DNA from: Candidatus Rokuibacteriota bacterium | Lineage (GTDB): Bacteria; Methylomirabilota; Methylomirabilia; Rokubacteriales; CSP1-6 | NCBI GenBank assembly: GCA_003220225.1 | Contig: QHRU01000040.1 | Span: forward strand, 19,666 to 83,665 | Length of the DNA: 64,000 nucleotides | Reading direction: 5' to 3' | Shown: positions 18,274 to 27,559 of the stretch, in pieces | How the letters are laid out: every line of letters begins with the position of its first letter | How positions within the stretch are numbered: position 1 is the stretch's first letter | The notes under the pieces: model-generated | What the model was told of the DNA's origin: nothing | The model's input: only the letters and a program-made list of their open reading frames with translations | Databases searched by the model: none | Made by a program: the position numbers and the translations under genes

Positions 18274-20439
18274 TCAGGGGCCCGGATTGCACTTCCCGCC
18301 GTCGCCAGGCTGATTGCAGACATCGCTCGCGACCGCTTGCGCGATCAGGGCATCGCGGTCTGCCGCGAGCAGGTACCCTTGATTGAAGGCGTTGTTCGCG
18401 GCCGCCGTCACCGCGGCGACGTACCCGGCGTGGGTGCCGTAGCGCTCTTCCAGCGACAGGCGCGGATCGCCCGCGGCGAGCCGCTGCGCCTTGGTCTTGA
18501 AGAACGGCACCATGCCGCCCACGTAGTTGCAGACCTGTCCGGCGTGGAACGGCCTGCCGTCGTAGGCCGCGCGGCCCGGACCCGATGTGATGTTCCAGCC
18601 GAGATAGGTGCCGAGCGGCGCGTCACGCTGGACGGTCGGCACACCGCCCAATTCGTTGCCGTCCGCATCCACACGCGGCACCATCATCTTGATGACGTGC
18701 AGGATCGGGGGCGGCGCGTTCGTCGGGGTCCCGGTCGCGTCGCTCTCGTTGAACTCGGGACCCCAGTCGTAATCGAAGACCGGGAAGATGAAGTTCTCCG
18801 GCAGGAAGACCGAATCCGGAATGCCGGGCACGCCGCTCGGGAATCCCATGGCGGCCTTGGTCGGCTCGACCAGGGTCTTCTTCGCCAGCGTCGGCCACTG
18901 GCTCGGCGGCGGATCCACGCCGAGCATCACCCAGTCGCGCAAGGCGACCCGCATCCGATTGACCAGCCCGGTCGCGGGCACGGGATTCGCCAGCAACGTA
19001 CCTGTTCCCCAGTTGTTGCCGGGGCACCCGACGACGTTCTTCGGCGGATTTTCGGTGGTCGTCCCATTGCCGCCGCCGTGCGTCGAACTGGGCAGGTAGT
19101 AGCGGCGGACGTTCTTCGGCACTGGAATGTCGTTCTTCGCCGAGGTGCCGACCCAGGAGGTCGTCATCTTCAGCGCAAACACCTCGGCGCCGCCGAACGT
19201 CTCGACGATCTTCGGGCACGTCTTGGTCGCTTCACAGCGGTCGAGGATGCCCGCCGGGTGCAGACCGCGGACCGTGTCGGGGAACTGGTGCCACCACTGG
19301 GGACCTTCGCTGCCCATCTGGTAGAGCTCGAGCACGCCATCCGGCTGGCCCCAGCGGGAATTGTTGGCGACGCGACGACCCGCGATGAGCGGCCACGCGC
19401 CGTCGTGGACGATGCGTCCCTGTTCGTCCTGGTTCATGCCGAGATGGATGAAGTGCCGTGTGAAGTTGCCGGACTGCGACGACCCACGAATGATCGCCCA
19501 CTTGATGCTGCCCGCGAGCGGGTTCGGTGTGCCGAAGTCGTCATTGGGCTCATACCTGAAAAAGGACGCGACGTCGCGGAACGCTGCCGTGCCCGCGCCC
19601 AGGACGTACGGGTCCGTGACGGTGTAGACCAGCTGGTAGAGCTTCGTCGCATCGAAGCCGTCCTTCAGGCACAGCCGCACCGGTAGCGTGGTGACCGGCG
19701 TCGGCGCCGCGAACGTGCCACCGCCGCAGAAGTTCCAGTCGCTGTTCGGGATGGTGGATCCCTCGGTCACGATGCCGGTGATCGTCTCGTGCAGGTGCGT
19801 GGTCAGCGTCGCTCCGGCGTTGTTCGTGGGGTCGACCGGGAAATACGGAATCGGATTGCCCATCACGTTCAGCGGCTGCGCCCCGAGGCCGCTGCGATTG
19901 ATGATGCGGCCGACGATGTGTCCGGTCACGCCCGTGAGCACCGGCACCTTCACCCACTCATTGCTGCTCGGGGTGACCGGGGCAAGCGTCGATGCATTTG
20001 CGGGGACGATCGTCGCGGGCGCGGTCACCGGGTTCGCGCCGGCGTTGTCACCCTGCCAGCCGCTGCTCAAGCCGACGTCGCTCAGGTTACGCAGATCCGG
20101 CGTGATGGTGATCCGGCCGCCGCGGTTCGGCACGTCGTGCCACATCAGCCCGCTCGCCCGCGACATGTCGACGGGCTTGACGATGAAGAAGCTGGCGACG
20201 TACCCGACCTTGCCGTTGACCCGTGGGGCCAGGTCGATGTCCGTGATGAGCGTGTTGAGCGGATCGCTCGGATCCAGCTCGCCGAACGCGCGCCCGGTCA
20301 GCCTCTCGTAGGGAATGTTCTGACCGGTCAGGGGCTCGGTCTTGTCGATGATGATTCTCGTCACGCGGGCGTGCGCCGCCGGCGCCCACGCGAGGACCGC
20401 GACCACGACGAGCATGAACCACGTCGCTCGATGTCTCAT
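18274..20439 (-). CDS. Secreted protein of unknown function, paralog A (721 aa)
   Basis: Sec signal peptide (MRHRATWFMLVVVAVLAWAPAAHA); clearly alignable to upstream paralog (DDFGTPNPL, FPxKTKAxRLAxGDPRxSxEERY, GWxxxxGP blocks); strong GC3 bias. Confidence 0.75.
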   Translation of the reverse strand: MRHRATWFMLVVVAVLAWAPAAHARVTRIIIDKTEPLTGQNIPYERLTGRAFGELDPSDPLNTLITDIDLAPRVNGKVGYVASFFIVKPVDMSRASGLMWHDVPNRGGRITITPDLRNLSDVGLSSGWQGDNAGANPVTAPATIVPANASTLAPVTPSSNEWVKVPVLTGVTGHIVGRIINRSGLGAQPLNVMGNPIPYFPVDPTNNAGATLTTHLHETITGIVTEGSTIPNSDWNFCGGGTFAAPTPVTTLPVRLCLKDGFDATKLYQLVYTVTDPYVLGAGTAAFRDVASFFRYEPNDDFGTPNPLAGSIKWAIIRGSSQSGNFTRHFIHLGMNQDEQGRIVHDGAWPLIAGRRVANNSRWGQPDGVLELYQMGSEGPQWWHQFPDTVRGLHPAGILDRCEATKTCPKIVETFGGAEVFALKMTTSWVGTSAKNDIPVPKNVRRYYLPSSTHGGGNGTTTENPPKNVVGCPGNNWGTGTLLANPVPATGLVNRMRVALRDWVMLGVDPPPSQWPTLAKKTLVEPTKAAMGFPSGVPGIPDSVFLPENFIFPVFDYDWGPEFNESDATGTPTNAPPPILHVIKMMVPRVDADGNELGGVPTVQRDAPLGTYLGWNITSGPGRAAYDGRPFHAGQVCNYVGGMVPFFKTKAQRLAAGDPRLSLEERYGTHAGYVAAVTAAANNAFNQGYLLAADRDALIAQAVASDVCNQPGDGGKCNPGP

Positions 20440-20464
20440 GCGCGTCTCTCCTCGGGCCGCAGCC

Positions 20465-22627
20465 CTAGTCGTCGTCTCTCTCGTCGTCCCTGTCGTCCCC
20501 GTGGTGTTCGTTCTTGTCGCCGCAGAGCGGCACCGGGGACACGGCGGGCGGCGGGCCCGGCGGCGCGGGCACGCCCTGGGCCAGTCCCAGCGCGATCAGT
20601 CGCGCGTACTCGCTGGCAGTGTCCTCGCACAGCATCAGGCGATCCTCGACCATCTCCCTGATCGCGTGGGCCACCCGGTGCTGGTACTGCTCGAACGTCG
20701 GATAGCGCTCCTCGACCGACTGGCGCGGATCGCCGGAAGCCAGGCGGTCGGCTTTGGTCTTCGGGAACGGGACGAACTGGCCCGCGCTCTCGCAGCCGTC
20801 GTTGGCCTGGGGGCCGGCCCGCAGCGCCCAGCCAGTATACGTGGCGATCGGCACGGTGACATCGACCAGACGCACGCCTGCGATGTCGTTGCCGTCGCGG
20901 TCGGTCTTCGGGATGAAGCTCGGATAGATCGGTCCGTTGTGCGGATTGTCCTCGTACGGCGGCGTGATCAGGGGCGGGTTGACCGTCGCAATACCGGTGT
21001 CGTAGTAGTGCGGCCCGTAGTCGAGCAGATAGCGCGTCGTCTTGAGACCGGTGTAGGTGACGCCCGGAATGCTGGGGAAGCCCATGCCCGCCTGCGGCAG
21101 CGGCGGCACCAGGGTCTTGTCGTGAAGCCTCGGCACCCGGCTGCGCGGCGGCTTCGTGTGCTCGGTCGCCCACTCGTCCAGTGCGACGAACAGGGCGCGC
21201 TGCACCGGCGCGGAGTTCAGCGGATTCAGGAACTGCTGGCAGTTGCCCTTCGACGCGCTGTTGCCGGTGCCGTGCTGGTGGCTGGAGATCAGGTAGTTGC
21301 GCGTGAACCGCGACTCGTGGAGGTCCCTGGTGCCCTGAGAATTGGTGTGCAGGAGCGAGGCGGCCTTCACCCAGTACTCGTTGGCCGAGTAGATCTCCAC
21401 GCCGTACGGGCAGGTGCCGGTCTCCTTGCAGCGCGCGTACCGGCTATCTGTCTTGCCCGTGATCGGATCGTGTGTCTTCACGTTGGCGAACGGAAAGACC
21501 CCCTCGGCGTAGAGATGATCCTGGCGGTTGCGCTCGGTGCGGCCCGGCTGCGAGAACCGGTAGTTCATGTTGATGCCGTCGCCCGCCGCGATCCACTGCA
21601 TCAGGCCGTCGAACACCTTCTTGCCGTTCTCGGCCTGGTTGAAGCCGAGGTGCCGGAAGTCGTTGAGCAGCCGTCCGGGCTGCGAGACGACTTCCGTGTA
21701 GATCCGCTGGATGTCCCCCTTCAACGGATTGGGCGTGCCGAAGTCGTCGGCCGCCTCGTACCGCAGCCAGGCGTTCCAGTCCCGGATGGCGGCGAATCCC
21801 AGCCCGTTCACGGACGGGTCGTTGGCCGTGTACGAGAACTCGTAGATGTCGTTCGCGACCCAGCCTGCCGGGACCAGGTTGATCGTCGTTCCGCTCGCGT
21901 TGTACGTCCAACCCGTCGCGGGAATCACCGCGGGCACGTCGTTCAGGTGAACGCGATGGGTCAACGTCGCCTTGCTCTTGTCGAGCGTGGCCGCCGGATA
22001 GTTGAGCGGGAACGCGGCCGTTCCCGACATCACGATGTACTCGTACGCCGGCCCGGTGATCGACGAGCCATCGGCGTTCTTGGCGATCGGCAGCGTGATC
22101 GTCGTGTTGAAGCCCGCAGTGCTGGTGCCCGCCGCCTTGTCCCAGCCGCTCCACACCATCGTGTAGCCGCGCGGCATCAGGAAGGCGTTTGCCAGCACGG
22201 TCGGGTCCGTGACCGAGCCGGGGTCGTTGCCGCCGGGCATGCGACCGAAGTTTCCCCACGTTTTGCCGCCGCGGTTCGGCGGCTCGTACATCACCTTGTG
22301 CGCGCCGCGACTGAGGTCGATCGGCTTGAGGATGTAGAAGTCGAACGAGTACTCGACCTTGCCGCCGGCGTTCCGCGGCGCGAGCTGGATGTCCACGATC
22401 ACGGCGTTCTTCGTGTCGAAGGGATCGACCTCGCCGAACGCCTTGCCGACGACCTTCTCGTACTGTCCGACGCCCGGCCACGAATAGCCGCCAAACGTCG
22501 GCGATTCGGTGGCCGTGACCTGGATCCTGACGATGCGGGCGTCGGCGGTGCCGGGCGAGCCGCACACGGCAAGCAGGGCGAGGATCGCGAGCAGACAGGA
22601 AGCCGTCCAGCGCGTTCGTGCGTTCAT
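20465..22627 (-). CDS. Secreted protein of unknown function, paralog B (720 aa), acidic C-terminal tail
   Basis: Signal peptide; same conserved blocks as paralog A; 25-bp intergenic spacer suggests co-transcription; divergent from LysR gene. Confidence 0.75.
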   Translation of the reverse strand: MNARTRWTASCLLAILALLAVCGSPGTADARIVRIQVTATESPTFGGYSWPGVGQYEKVVGKAFGEVDPFDTKNAVIVDIQLAPRNAGGKVEYSFDFYILKPIDLSRGAHKVMYEPPNRGGKTWGNFGRMPGGNDPGSVTDPTVLANAFLMPRGYTMVWSGWDKAAGTSTAGFNTTITLPIAKNADGSSITGPAYEYIVMSGTAAFPLNYPAATLDKSKATLTHRVHLNDVPAVIPATGWTYNASGTTINLVPAGWVANDIYEFSYTANDPSVNGLGFAAIRDWNAWLRYEAADDFGTPNPLKGDIQRIYTEVVSQPGRLLNDFRHLGFNQAENGKKVFDGLMQWIAAGDGINMNYRFSQPGRTERNRQDHLYAEGVFPFANVKTHDPITGKTDSRYARCKETGTCPYGVEIYSANEYWVKAASLLHTNSQGTRDLHESRFTRNYLISSHQHGTGNSASKGNCQQFLNPLNSAPVQRALFVALDEWATEHTKPPRSRVPRLHDKTLVPPLPQAGMGFPSIPGVTYTGLKTTRYLLDYGPHYYDTGIATVNPPLITPPYEDNPHNGPIYPSFIPKTDRDGNDIAGVRLVDVTVPIATYTGWALRAGPQANDGCESAGQFVPFPKTKADRLASGDPRQSVEERYPTFEQYQHRVAHAIREMVEDRLMLCEDTASEYARLIALGLAQGVPAPPGPPPAVSPVPLCGDKNEHHGDDRDDERDDD

Positions 22628-22702
22628 TCACGTTCTCCTCAGCGCGAGGGGCTCCGCTCAGCGCGCGCCGGGAGAGTGCACCGGCCGCCGGCGTTCAGGC
22701 AA

Positions 22703-22731
22703 TTGAATATTTGTTATTGCAGTCATATAGT
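22703..22731 (+). promoter_or_regulatory. Sigma70-like promoter for LysR gene (TTGAAT-N17-TATAGT), probably leaderless, overlapping GCAAT-N12-ATTGC dyad
   Basis: Only AT-rich patch in 110-bp divergent intergenic region; -10 ends 6 nt before ATG 22738; dyad 22699-22720 resembles a LysR T-N11-A type box. Confidence 0.45.
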
Positions 22732-22737
22732 CCCGCT

Positions 22738-23643
22738 ATGAATTTCACCCTCCGTGAGCTCGAGGCGTTTCTGGGCGTCGCCCGTCTCGGAAACTTCACC
22801 CGTGCCGCCAAGGCGCTGAACATGTCGCAGCCCGCGCTCACCGTCCGCATCCGCCATCTCGAGGAGGCGCTCGGCGTGCGGCTGCTCGATCGCACCACGC
22901 GCTCCGTGGCGCTGACGCAGATCGGGCGCGAGTTCCTGCCGGTCGTCGCGCGCGTGCTGGGCGAGATCGACGCGGTGGCCGTCAATGCCCGCGACGTCGC
23001 GGGACGGCGACGCGGCGTCGTCACCGTCGCCGCCCTGCCGTCCGCGGCGTCGACGCTGCTGCCCGCGATCATCGCGGCCTTCAAAGCCCGCCACCGCGGC
23101 ATCGTCGTGCGGCTGCGTGACGGTGTCGCGCAGCGCGTGACGGCGCTCGTGAAGTCGGGCGAAGCCGACTTCGGGATCGGCAGCCCGACGAAGCGCGACC
23201 CCGAGCTGCGGTGCTCGCCGCTCCTGTCCGACCCGATGAGTGCGGTCTTTCCGCCGGGGCACCCGTTCGAGCAGCGTGCCGCGGTGCGCCTGGAAGATCT
23301 GCTGACGGTGCCGCTCATCCTCATGGACAGCGAATACAGCGTTCGCACGCTGGTCGACCAGGCGTTCGAGTCGATCGGCAAAGGGGTCGCGCCCGCCTAC
23401 GAGGCGAGCTACGTGTCCACGGCGCTCGGGCTCGTCAAGGCCGGCCTGGGCGTCGCGGTGCTCGCGTACTCGGCCGCCGACGAGGCCGCCACGCAGGCGG
23501 CCGCGCTCCGGGCGCGCGTCATCGAGCATCCGATGCTCGTCCGCGAGATCAGTCTCATCGAGAGCACGAGGCGCTCGCTGTCGCCGGCCGCGCAGCAGTT
23601 CCTCGAGGCGGTGCGCCAGGGGGCGCCGCGGCGGATCGCGTGA
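22738..23643 (+). CDS. LysR-family transcriptional regulator
   Basis: N-terminal HTH (LRELEAFLGVARLGNFTRAAKALNMSQPALTVRIRHLEEALGVRLLDR) plus C-terminal substrate-binding domain. Confidence 0.85.
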   Translation: MNFTLRELEAFLGVARLGNFTRAAKALNMSQPALTVRIRHLEEALGVRLLDRTTRSVALTQIGREFLPVVARVLGEIDAVAVNARDVAGRRRGVVTVAALPSAASTLLPAIIAAFKARHRGIVVRLRDGVAQRVTALVKSGEADFGIGSPTKRDPELRCSPLLSDPMSAVFPPGHPFEQRAAVRLEDLLTVPLILMDSEYSVRTLVDQAFESIGKGVAPAYEASYVSTALGLVKAGLGVAVLAYSAADEAATQAAALRARVIEHPMLVREISLIESTRRSLSPAAQQFLEAVRQGAPRRIA

Positions 23644-23716
23644 GCGCGATTTGCGGGCCGTCGGCGCATCGGCTACACTCGCTGAACAGCGGTTCATTCG
23701 CCCCGGAGGCCAACGC

Positions 23717-24472
23717 ATGGATCGACCGATCGCCTACGACAAGCTCGCGCGCGAGGACCGCTTCGTGCGCATGCGTGCGCGCGAGGTCGGCGAGCTGAAG
23801 GTCGAGCAGGGTCTGCCGCCGTTCCCCGACCTCGCGAGCCGAGAGTCCATTCGCGAGCGCGTGCACGGCATCATGGTCGGCGAGCTCCAGGCGATGGAGG
23901 GCGCCGGCCGCACCGTCTACGACTTCCCGGAGGCGCCGTGGGAGTTCACGCTGGACATGGCGCGGCAGGTGTGGGACGAGTCGCGCCACGTCGAGACCTA
24001 CCTCGGCCTGCTCGAGCACCTCGGCGGCCGGGTGGGCGAGTTCCCGGAGTCCACCATCCTCTGGCGCTGCGCGTGCGCGGAAGACGCCGCCGCCCGCGTG
24101 GCCGGCGTCAACCGCGGTCTCGAGGGCCTGGCGTGCGACGTCTTCAACCAGCTCATTCACATCGCGCAGAAGATCGGCGATCCGATCATCGAGAAGTCGG
24201 TGGACTACGTGCTGGCCGACGAGATCACGCACGTGCGCATGGGCTCGCGCTGGCTCAACGAGCTGACGCGCGGCGACGCCGAGCGCCGGCGCAAGGCCAT
24301 CGAGTTTCAGGAGACGATCGACGAGCGCTTCAACCTGGGCGGCAGCCGCCAGGACGGCCACCACGAGGTGGTGCCGATCTCGATCGCCAAGGAGGCGCGC
24401 AAGCTCGCGGGCTTCACCGACGAGGAGATCGAGCGGCTCATCAAGAGCACGCAGCGCTCGCAGGTGTATTGA
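23717..24472 (+). CDS. Ferritin-like diiron-carboxylate protein (DUF455-like)
   Basis: Two E...ExxH motifs (WDESRHVE; ADEITHV) with ~100 aa spacing; overall pattern resembles DUF455 family. Confidence 0.65.
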   Translation: MDRPIAYDKLAREDRFVRMRAREVGELKVEQGLPPFPDLASRESIRERVHGIMVGELQAMEGAGRTVYDFPEAPWEFTLDMARQVWDESRHVETYLGLLEHLGGRVGEFPESTILWRCACAEDAAARVAGVNRGLEGLACDVFNQLIHIAQKIGDPIIEKSVDYVLADEITHVRMGSRWLNELTRGDAERRRKAIEFQETIDERFNLGGSRQDGHHEVVPISIAKEARKLAGFTDEEIERLIKSTQRSQVY

Positions 24473-25452
24473 GCTCCCACCACCTCGCGGGCCACTTCTC
24501 CGTCGACGACTCCGCGCGGCGGATCCGCAACTACCGGTACGCCGAGGAGCGCATGATGCGCGTGCTCGGCGGCTGGATCGCGCTGACGCCCGAGCTGCCC
24601 GCCAAGCTGCTGTTCGGCCGCCACGTGTGGGACTGCGCCCAGCACGCGGATCTCTGGGGACGGCGGCTGCCCGAGCTGCGCGCGGCGGCGCACGAATCGG
24701 AGCCGGCGAACGACGCGATGGTCGCCTTCACGGAGATGCTCGAGAGTCCGGAGGGTCCGCGGCAGACGCTCGAGCGCATCGTCGGCGTCTACGCCGTGCT
24801 CAAGCCGCACCTCGTGACGGTCTACGCGCGTCACCTCGCGTCGACGAACGCCGTGTACGAGCCGCCGACCCGGCGCATCCTGACCCGCTGCCTGGAGGAG
24901 GAGCGGCGCCACGCCGCCGCCGGCGCGATCGTGCTCGACCGGCTCGCGCGCGACGCCGCCGGCCGCGCGCGCGTCGCCGACTGCGCGCGGCGCCTGCTCG
25001 CGGCGCTCGAGAAGGCCGGCGGCGTCACGGGCGACGCGCCGGCGCCGCTCGTGGACCCCGCGCTGCTCGACGTGGCCCCCGAGATCGTCGCTCCCGATCT
25101 CGTCCAGGTTCCGCCGGACTTCGATCCCGCCGCGCTGTCCGCCGATCTCGCGTCCGCCGTGAACGACCATCGCGAGTCGCTGGAGTCGGGTGACGCCGCG
25201 GGCGCCGCGGAGTGGGTCGAGCCCGGGGCGCGCGACGCGCTGAGCGCAGCCTTCGCCCCCCTCGCGGGCGGGATCACCAGCACGCGCGTCGTCGGTCTCG
25301 CCGCGATCGGCCGCCAGCAGATGGTCAAGCTGCGGATCGAAAGCCCGCGCGCGATCGGCTTCGTCCAGCTCCGCTGGACGCAGACGACGTCGGGCTGGCG
25401 CATCGCCGCCGGCGACCTGGTCTCCACCGAGCCCGTCTCCGCCGCTCCCTGA
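24469..25452 (+). CDS. Ferritin-like (putative diiron) domain protein with C-terminal NTF2/SnoaL-like domain
   Basis: TTG start overlapping upstream stop (TTGA); ExxH-like motifs (DCAQH; EEERRHAA) and C-terminal ...WTQTTSGWRI beta-rich domain. Confidence 0.55.
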   Translation: MSSHHLAGHFSVDDSARRIRNYRYAEERMMRVLGGWIALTPELPAKLLFGRHVWDCAQHADLWGRRLPELRAAAHESEPANDAMVAFTEMLESPEGPRQTLERIVGVYAVLKPHLVTVYARHLASTNAVYEPPTRRILTRCLEEERRHAAAGAIVLDRLARDAAGRARVADCARRLLAALEKAGGVTGDAPAPLVDPALLDVAPEIVAPDLVQVPPDFDPAALSADLASAVNDHRESLESGDAAGAAEWVEPGARDALSAAFAPLAGGITSTRVVGLAAIGRQQMVKLRIESPRAIGFVQLRWTQTTSGWRIAAGDLVSTEPVSAAP

Positions 25453-25454
25453 GC

Positions 25455-26801
25455 GTGTTCCGCACCGTCCTCGTCGCCAACCGCGGGGAGATCGCGCGTC
25501 GCATTGTCCGCGGCTGCCGCGCGCTGGGACTGCGCACCGTCGCCGTCTACTCCGAGGCCGATCGCGACGCGCCCCACGTGAAGGACGCGGATCACGCGGT
25601 GCTGCTCGGCCCGGCGCCGGCGCGCGAGTCGTACCTGAGCGTCGAGCGAATCCTCGCCGCGGCCCGCGAGTCGGGCGCCGAGGCGGTACATCCTGGTTAC
25701 GGCTTTCTCTCCGAGAGCTGGCGCTTCGCCGAGGCGTGCGCTCGGGCCGGGCTCACGTTCATCGGGCCCTCGGCGGAGGCGATCCGCGCGATGGGCGACA
25801 AGCCCGAGGCGCGCCGCCGCATGGCCGCCGCCGGCGTGCCGATCGTGCCCGGCAGCCCGGAGCCCGTCGCGGACGCCGCGAGCGCCGAGCGCGTCGCCGG
25901 CGGGCTCGGCTATCCGGTCATCCTCAAGGCGGCCGCCGGCGGCGGTGGCATCGGGATGGCGAAGGTGGCGTCGGCGGACGAGCTGGCGGGCGCGTTCGCC
26001 ACGGCGACCCGGCGCGCGCAGAGCGCGTTCGGCAGCGGCCAGGTCTACGTCGAGCGCTATCTCGAGGCGCCGCGCCACGTCGAGGTGCAGGTCTTCGGCG
26101 ACACGAAAGGCACCGTCGTGCACCTGCACGACCGCGAGTGCTCGATCCAGCGCCGCCACCAGAAGCTCGTCGAGGAATCGCCGGCGCCGAACCTCGACGC
26201 GCGCATCAGGCGCGGGCTGACCGAGGCCGCCGTCGCGGGCGCGCGCGCCATCGGCTACGTGAACGCCGGCACCCTCGAATTCCTCGTGGACGCCCAGGGC
26301 GGCTTCTATTTCCTGGAGATGAACACGCGGCTGCAGGTGGAGCACCCGGTCACCGAGGAGATCACCGGCCTCGACCTCGTCGCCGCGCAGCTGCGCGTGG
26401 CCGCCGGCGAGCCGCTGCCCTTCACGCAGGAGACGATCGAGCCGCGCGGCGCCGCCGTCGAGGTGCGCGTCTACGCGGAGGACCCGGCCAGGAATTTCCT
26501 GCCCTCGCCGGGCACGATCACGCGGCTGGCGCTGCCCGGGGGCGAGGGGATCCGGCTCGAGTCGGGTGTGGTCGAGGGCAGCGTCGTCTCCGTCCACTAC
26601 GACGCGCTGCTCTTCAAGCTCATCGCGCGCGGCGCCGACCGCGCCCAGGCGATCGAGCGTCTGGCGCGGGCGCTGGACACGTGCGTGGTGGAGGGCGTGA
26701 AGACCACGCTGCCGCTGCTCCGCACGATCACCGCGCATGCGGACTTTCGCCGCGGCCGCGTGCACACTCAGATGGTCGAACAAGGAGCGTTCCATGGCTG
26801 A
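25455..26801 (+). CDS. Biotin carboxylase subunit of a biotin-dependent carboxylase (AccC-like)
   Basis: GTG start; VLVANRGEIA, ATP-grasp motifs, EMNTRLQVEHPVTE; 448 aa. Confidence 0.85.
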   Translation: MFRTVLVANRGEIARRIVRGCRALGLRTVAVYSEADRDAPHVKDADHAVLLGPAPARESYLSVERILAAARESGAEAVHPGYGFLSESWRFAEACARAGLTFIGPSAEAIRAMGDKPEARRRMAAAGVPIVPGSPEPVADAASAERVAGGLGYPVILKAAAGGGGIGMAKVASADELAGAFATATRRAQSAFGSGQVYVERYLEAPRHVEVQVFGDTKGTVVHLHDRECSIQRRHQKLVEESPAPNLDARIRRGLTEAAVAGARAIGYVNAGTLEFLVDAQGGFYFLEMNTRLQVEHPVTEEITGLDLVAAQLRVAAGEPLPFTQETIEPRGAAVEVRVYAEDPARNFLPSPGTITRLALPGGEGIRLESGVVEGSVVSVHYDALLFKLIARGADRAQAIERLARALDTCVVEGVKTTLPLLRTITAHADFRRGRVHTQMVEQGAFHG

Positions 26802-27009
26802 GGAGATCAAGGCGCACATCACCGGGGTCGTGTTCCAGGTGACCGCCAAGGTCGGCGACAAGGTCGCCGCCGGCGATCCCGTGATCGTGCTCGAGTCGAT
26901 GAAGATGGAGATCCCGGTGGAGGCGCCGCGCGCCGGCGCGGTCAAGGAGATCCGGGTGCGCGAGGGACAGACCGTGCAGGAGGGCGAGACGGTGGTGGTG
27001 CTGGAGTAG
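26794..27009 (+). CDS. Minimal biotin carboxyl carrier protein (biotinyl domain only, 71 aa)
   Basis: LESMKME biotinylation motif; overlaps biotin carboxylase stop. Confidence 0.75.
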   Translation: MAEEIKAHITGVVFQVTAKVGDKVAAGDPVIVLESMKMEIPVEAPRAGAVKEIRVREGQTVQEGETVVVLE

Positions 27010-27011
27010 CC

Positions 27012-27557
27012 ATGAGCCTGGATGAGCGATCAGAGGAGGAGGGCACGATGAGCGTGGGGATGATCCGCGATCTCTACGACTATCACCGCTGGGCGAACCG
27101 CCGGCTCTTCGACTTCGCCGCCGCGCTGGGCGAGCAGGCGTGCGCGCGGGACGTCGGCGCGCAGTTCAGCCACTCCAAGGTGACGCGGATGTTCGCGCAC
27201 CTGTACGGCGCCGACTGGGTGTGGCTGAGCCGCTGGAAGGGCACGTCGCCGACGAACCTGCCGGGGGCCGACCTGCCGACGATGGCCATCGTGCGCGCCA
27301 AGTGGGACGCGCTCGAGGCCGAGCAGCAAGCCTTCGTGGCCGCGCTGACGGAGGCCGACCTCTCGCGCGCGGTGGCGTACAAGAACACGGAGGGCAAGGC
27401 CTTCAGCGCGCCGCTCGGGCCGCTCCTGCAGCACGTCGCGAATCACGCGACCCACCATCGCAGCGAGATCGCTACCATGGTGACGATGCTCAGCGGCTCG
27501 CCGCCCGACACCGGCATCAACACCTGGATCCTGGCCCGGACGGGACAGATGCGCTAG
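27012..27557 (+). CDS. DinB/YfiT-like (DinB_2) four-helix-bundle protein
   Basis: YDYHRWANRRLFD N-terminal signature and conserved His pattern (HVANHATHHRSEIATM). Confidence 0.6.
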   Translation: MSLDERSEEEGTMSVGMIRDLYDYHRWANRRLFDFAAALGEQACARDVGAQFSHSKVTRMFAHLYGADWVWLSRWKGTSPTNLPGADLPTMAIVRAKWDALEAEQQAFVAALTEADLSRAVAYKNTEGKAFSAPLGPLLQHVANHATHHRSEIATMVTMLSGSPPDTGINTWILARTGQMR

Positions 27558-27559
27558 GG

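Noticed and set aside
20342-22741. 799-aa plus-strand ORF antisense to the secreted paralog genes
   Set aside because: Antisense artefact. The minus-strand paralogs have signal peptides, mutual similarity and proper codon bias.
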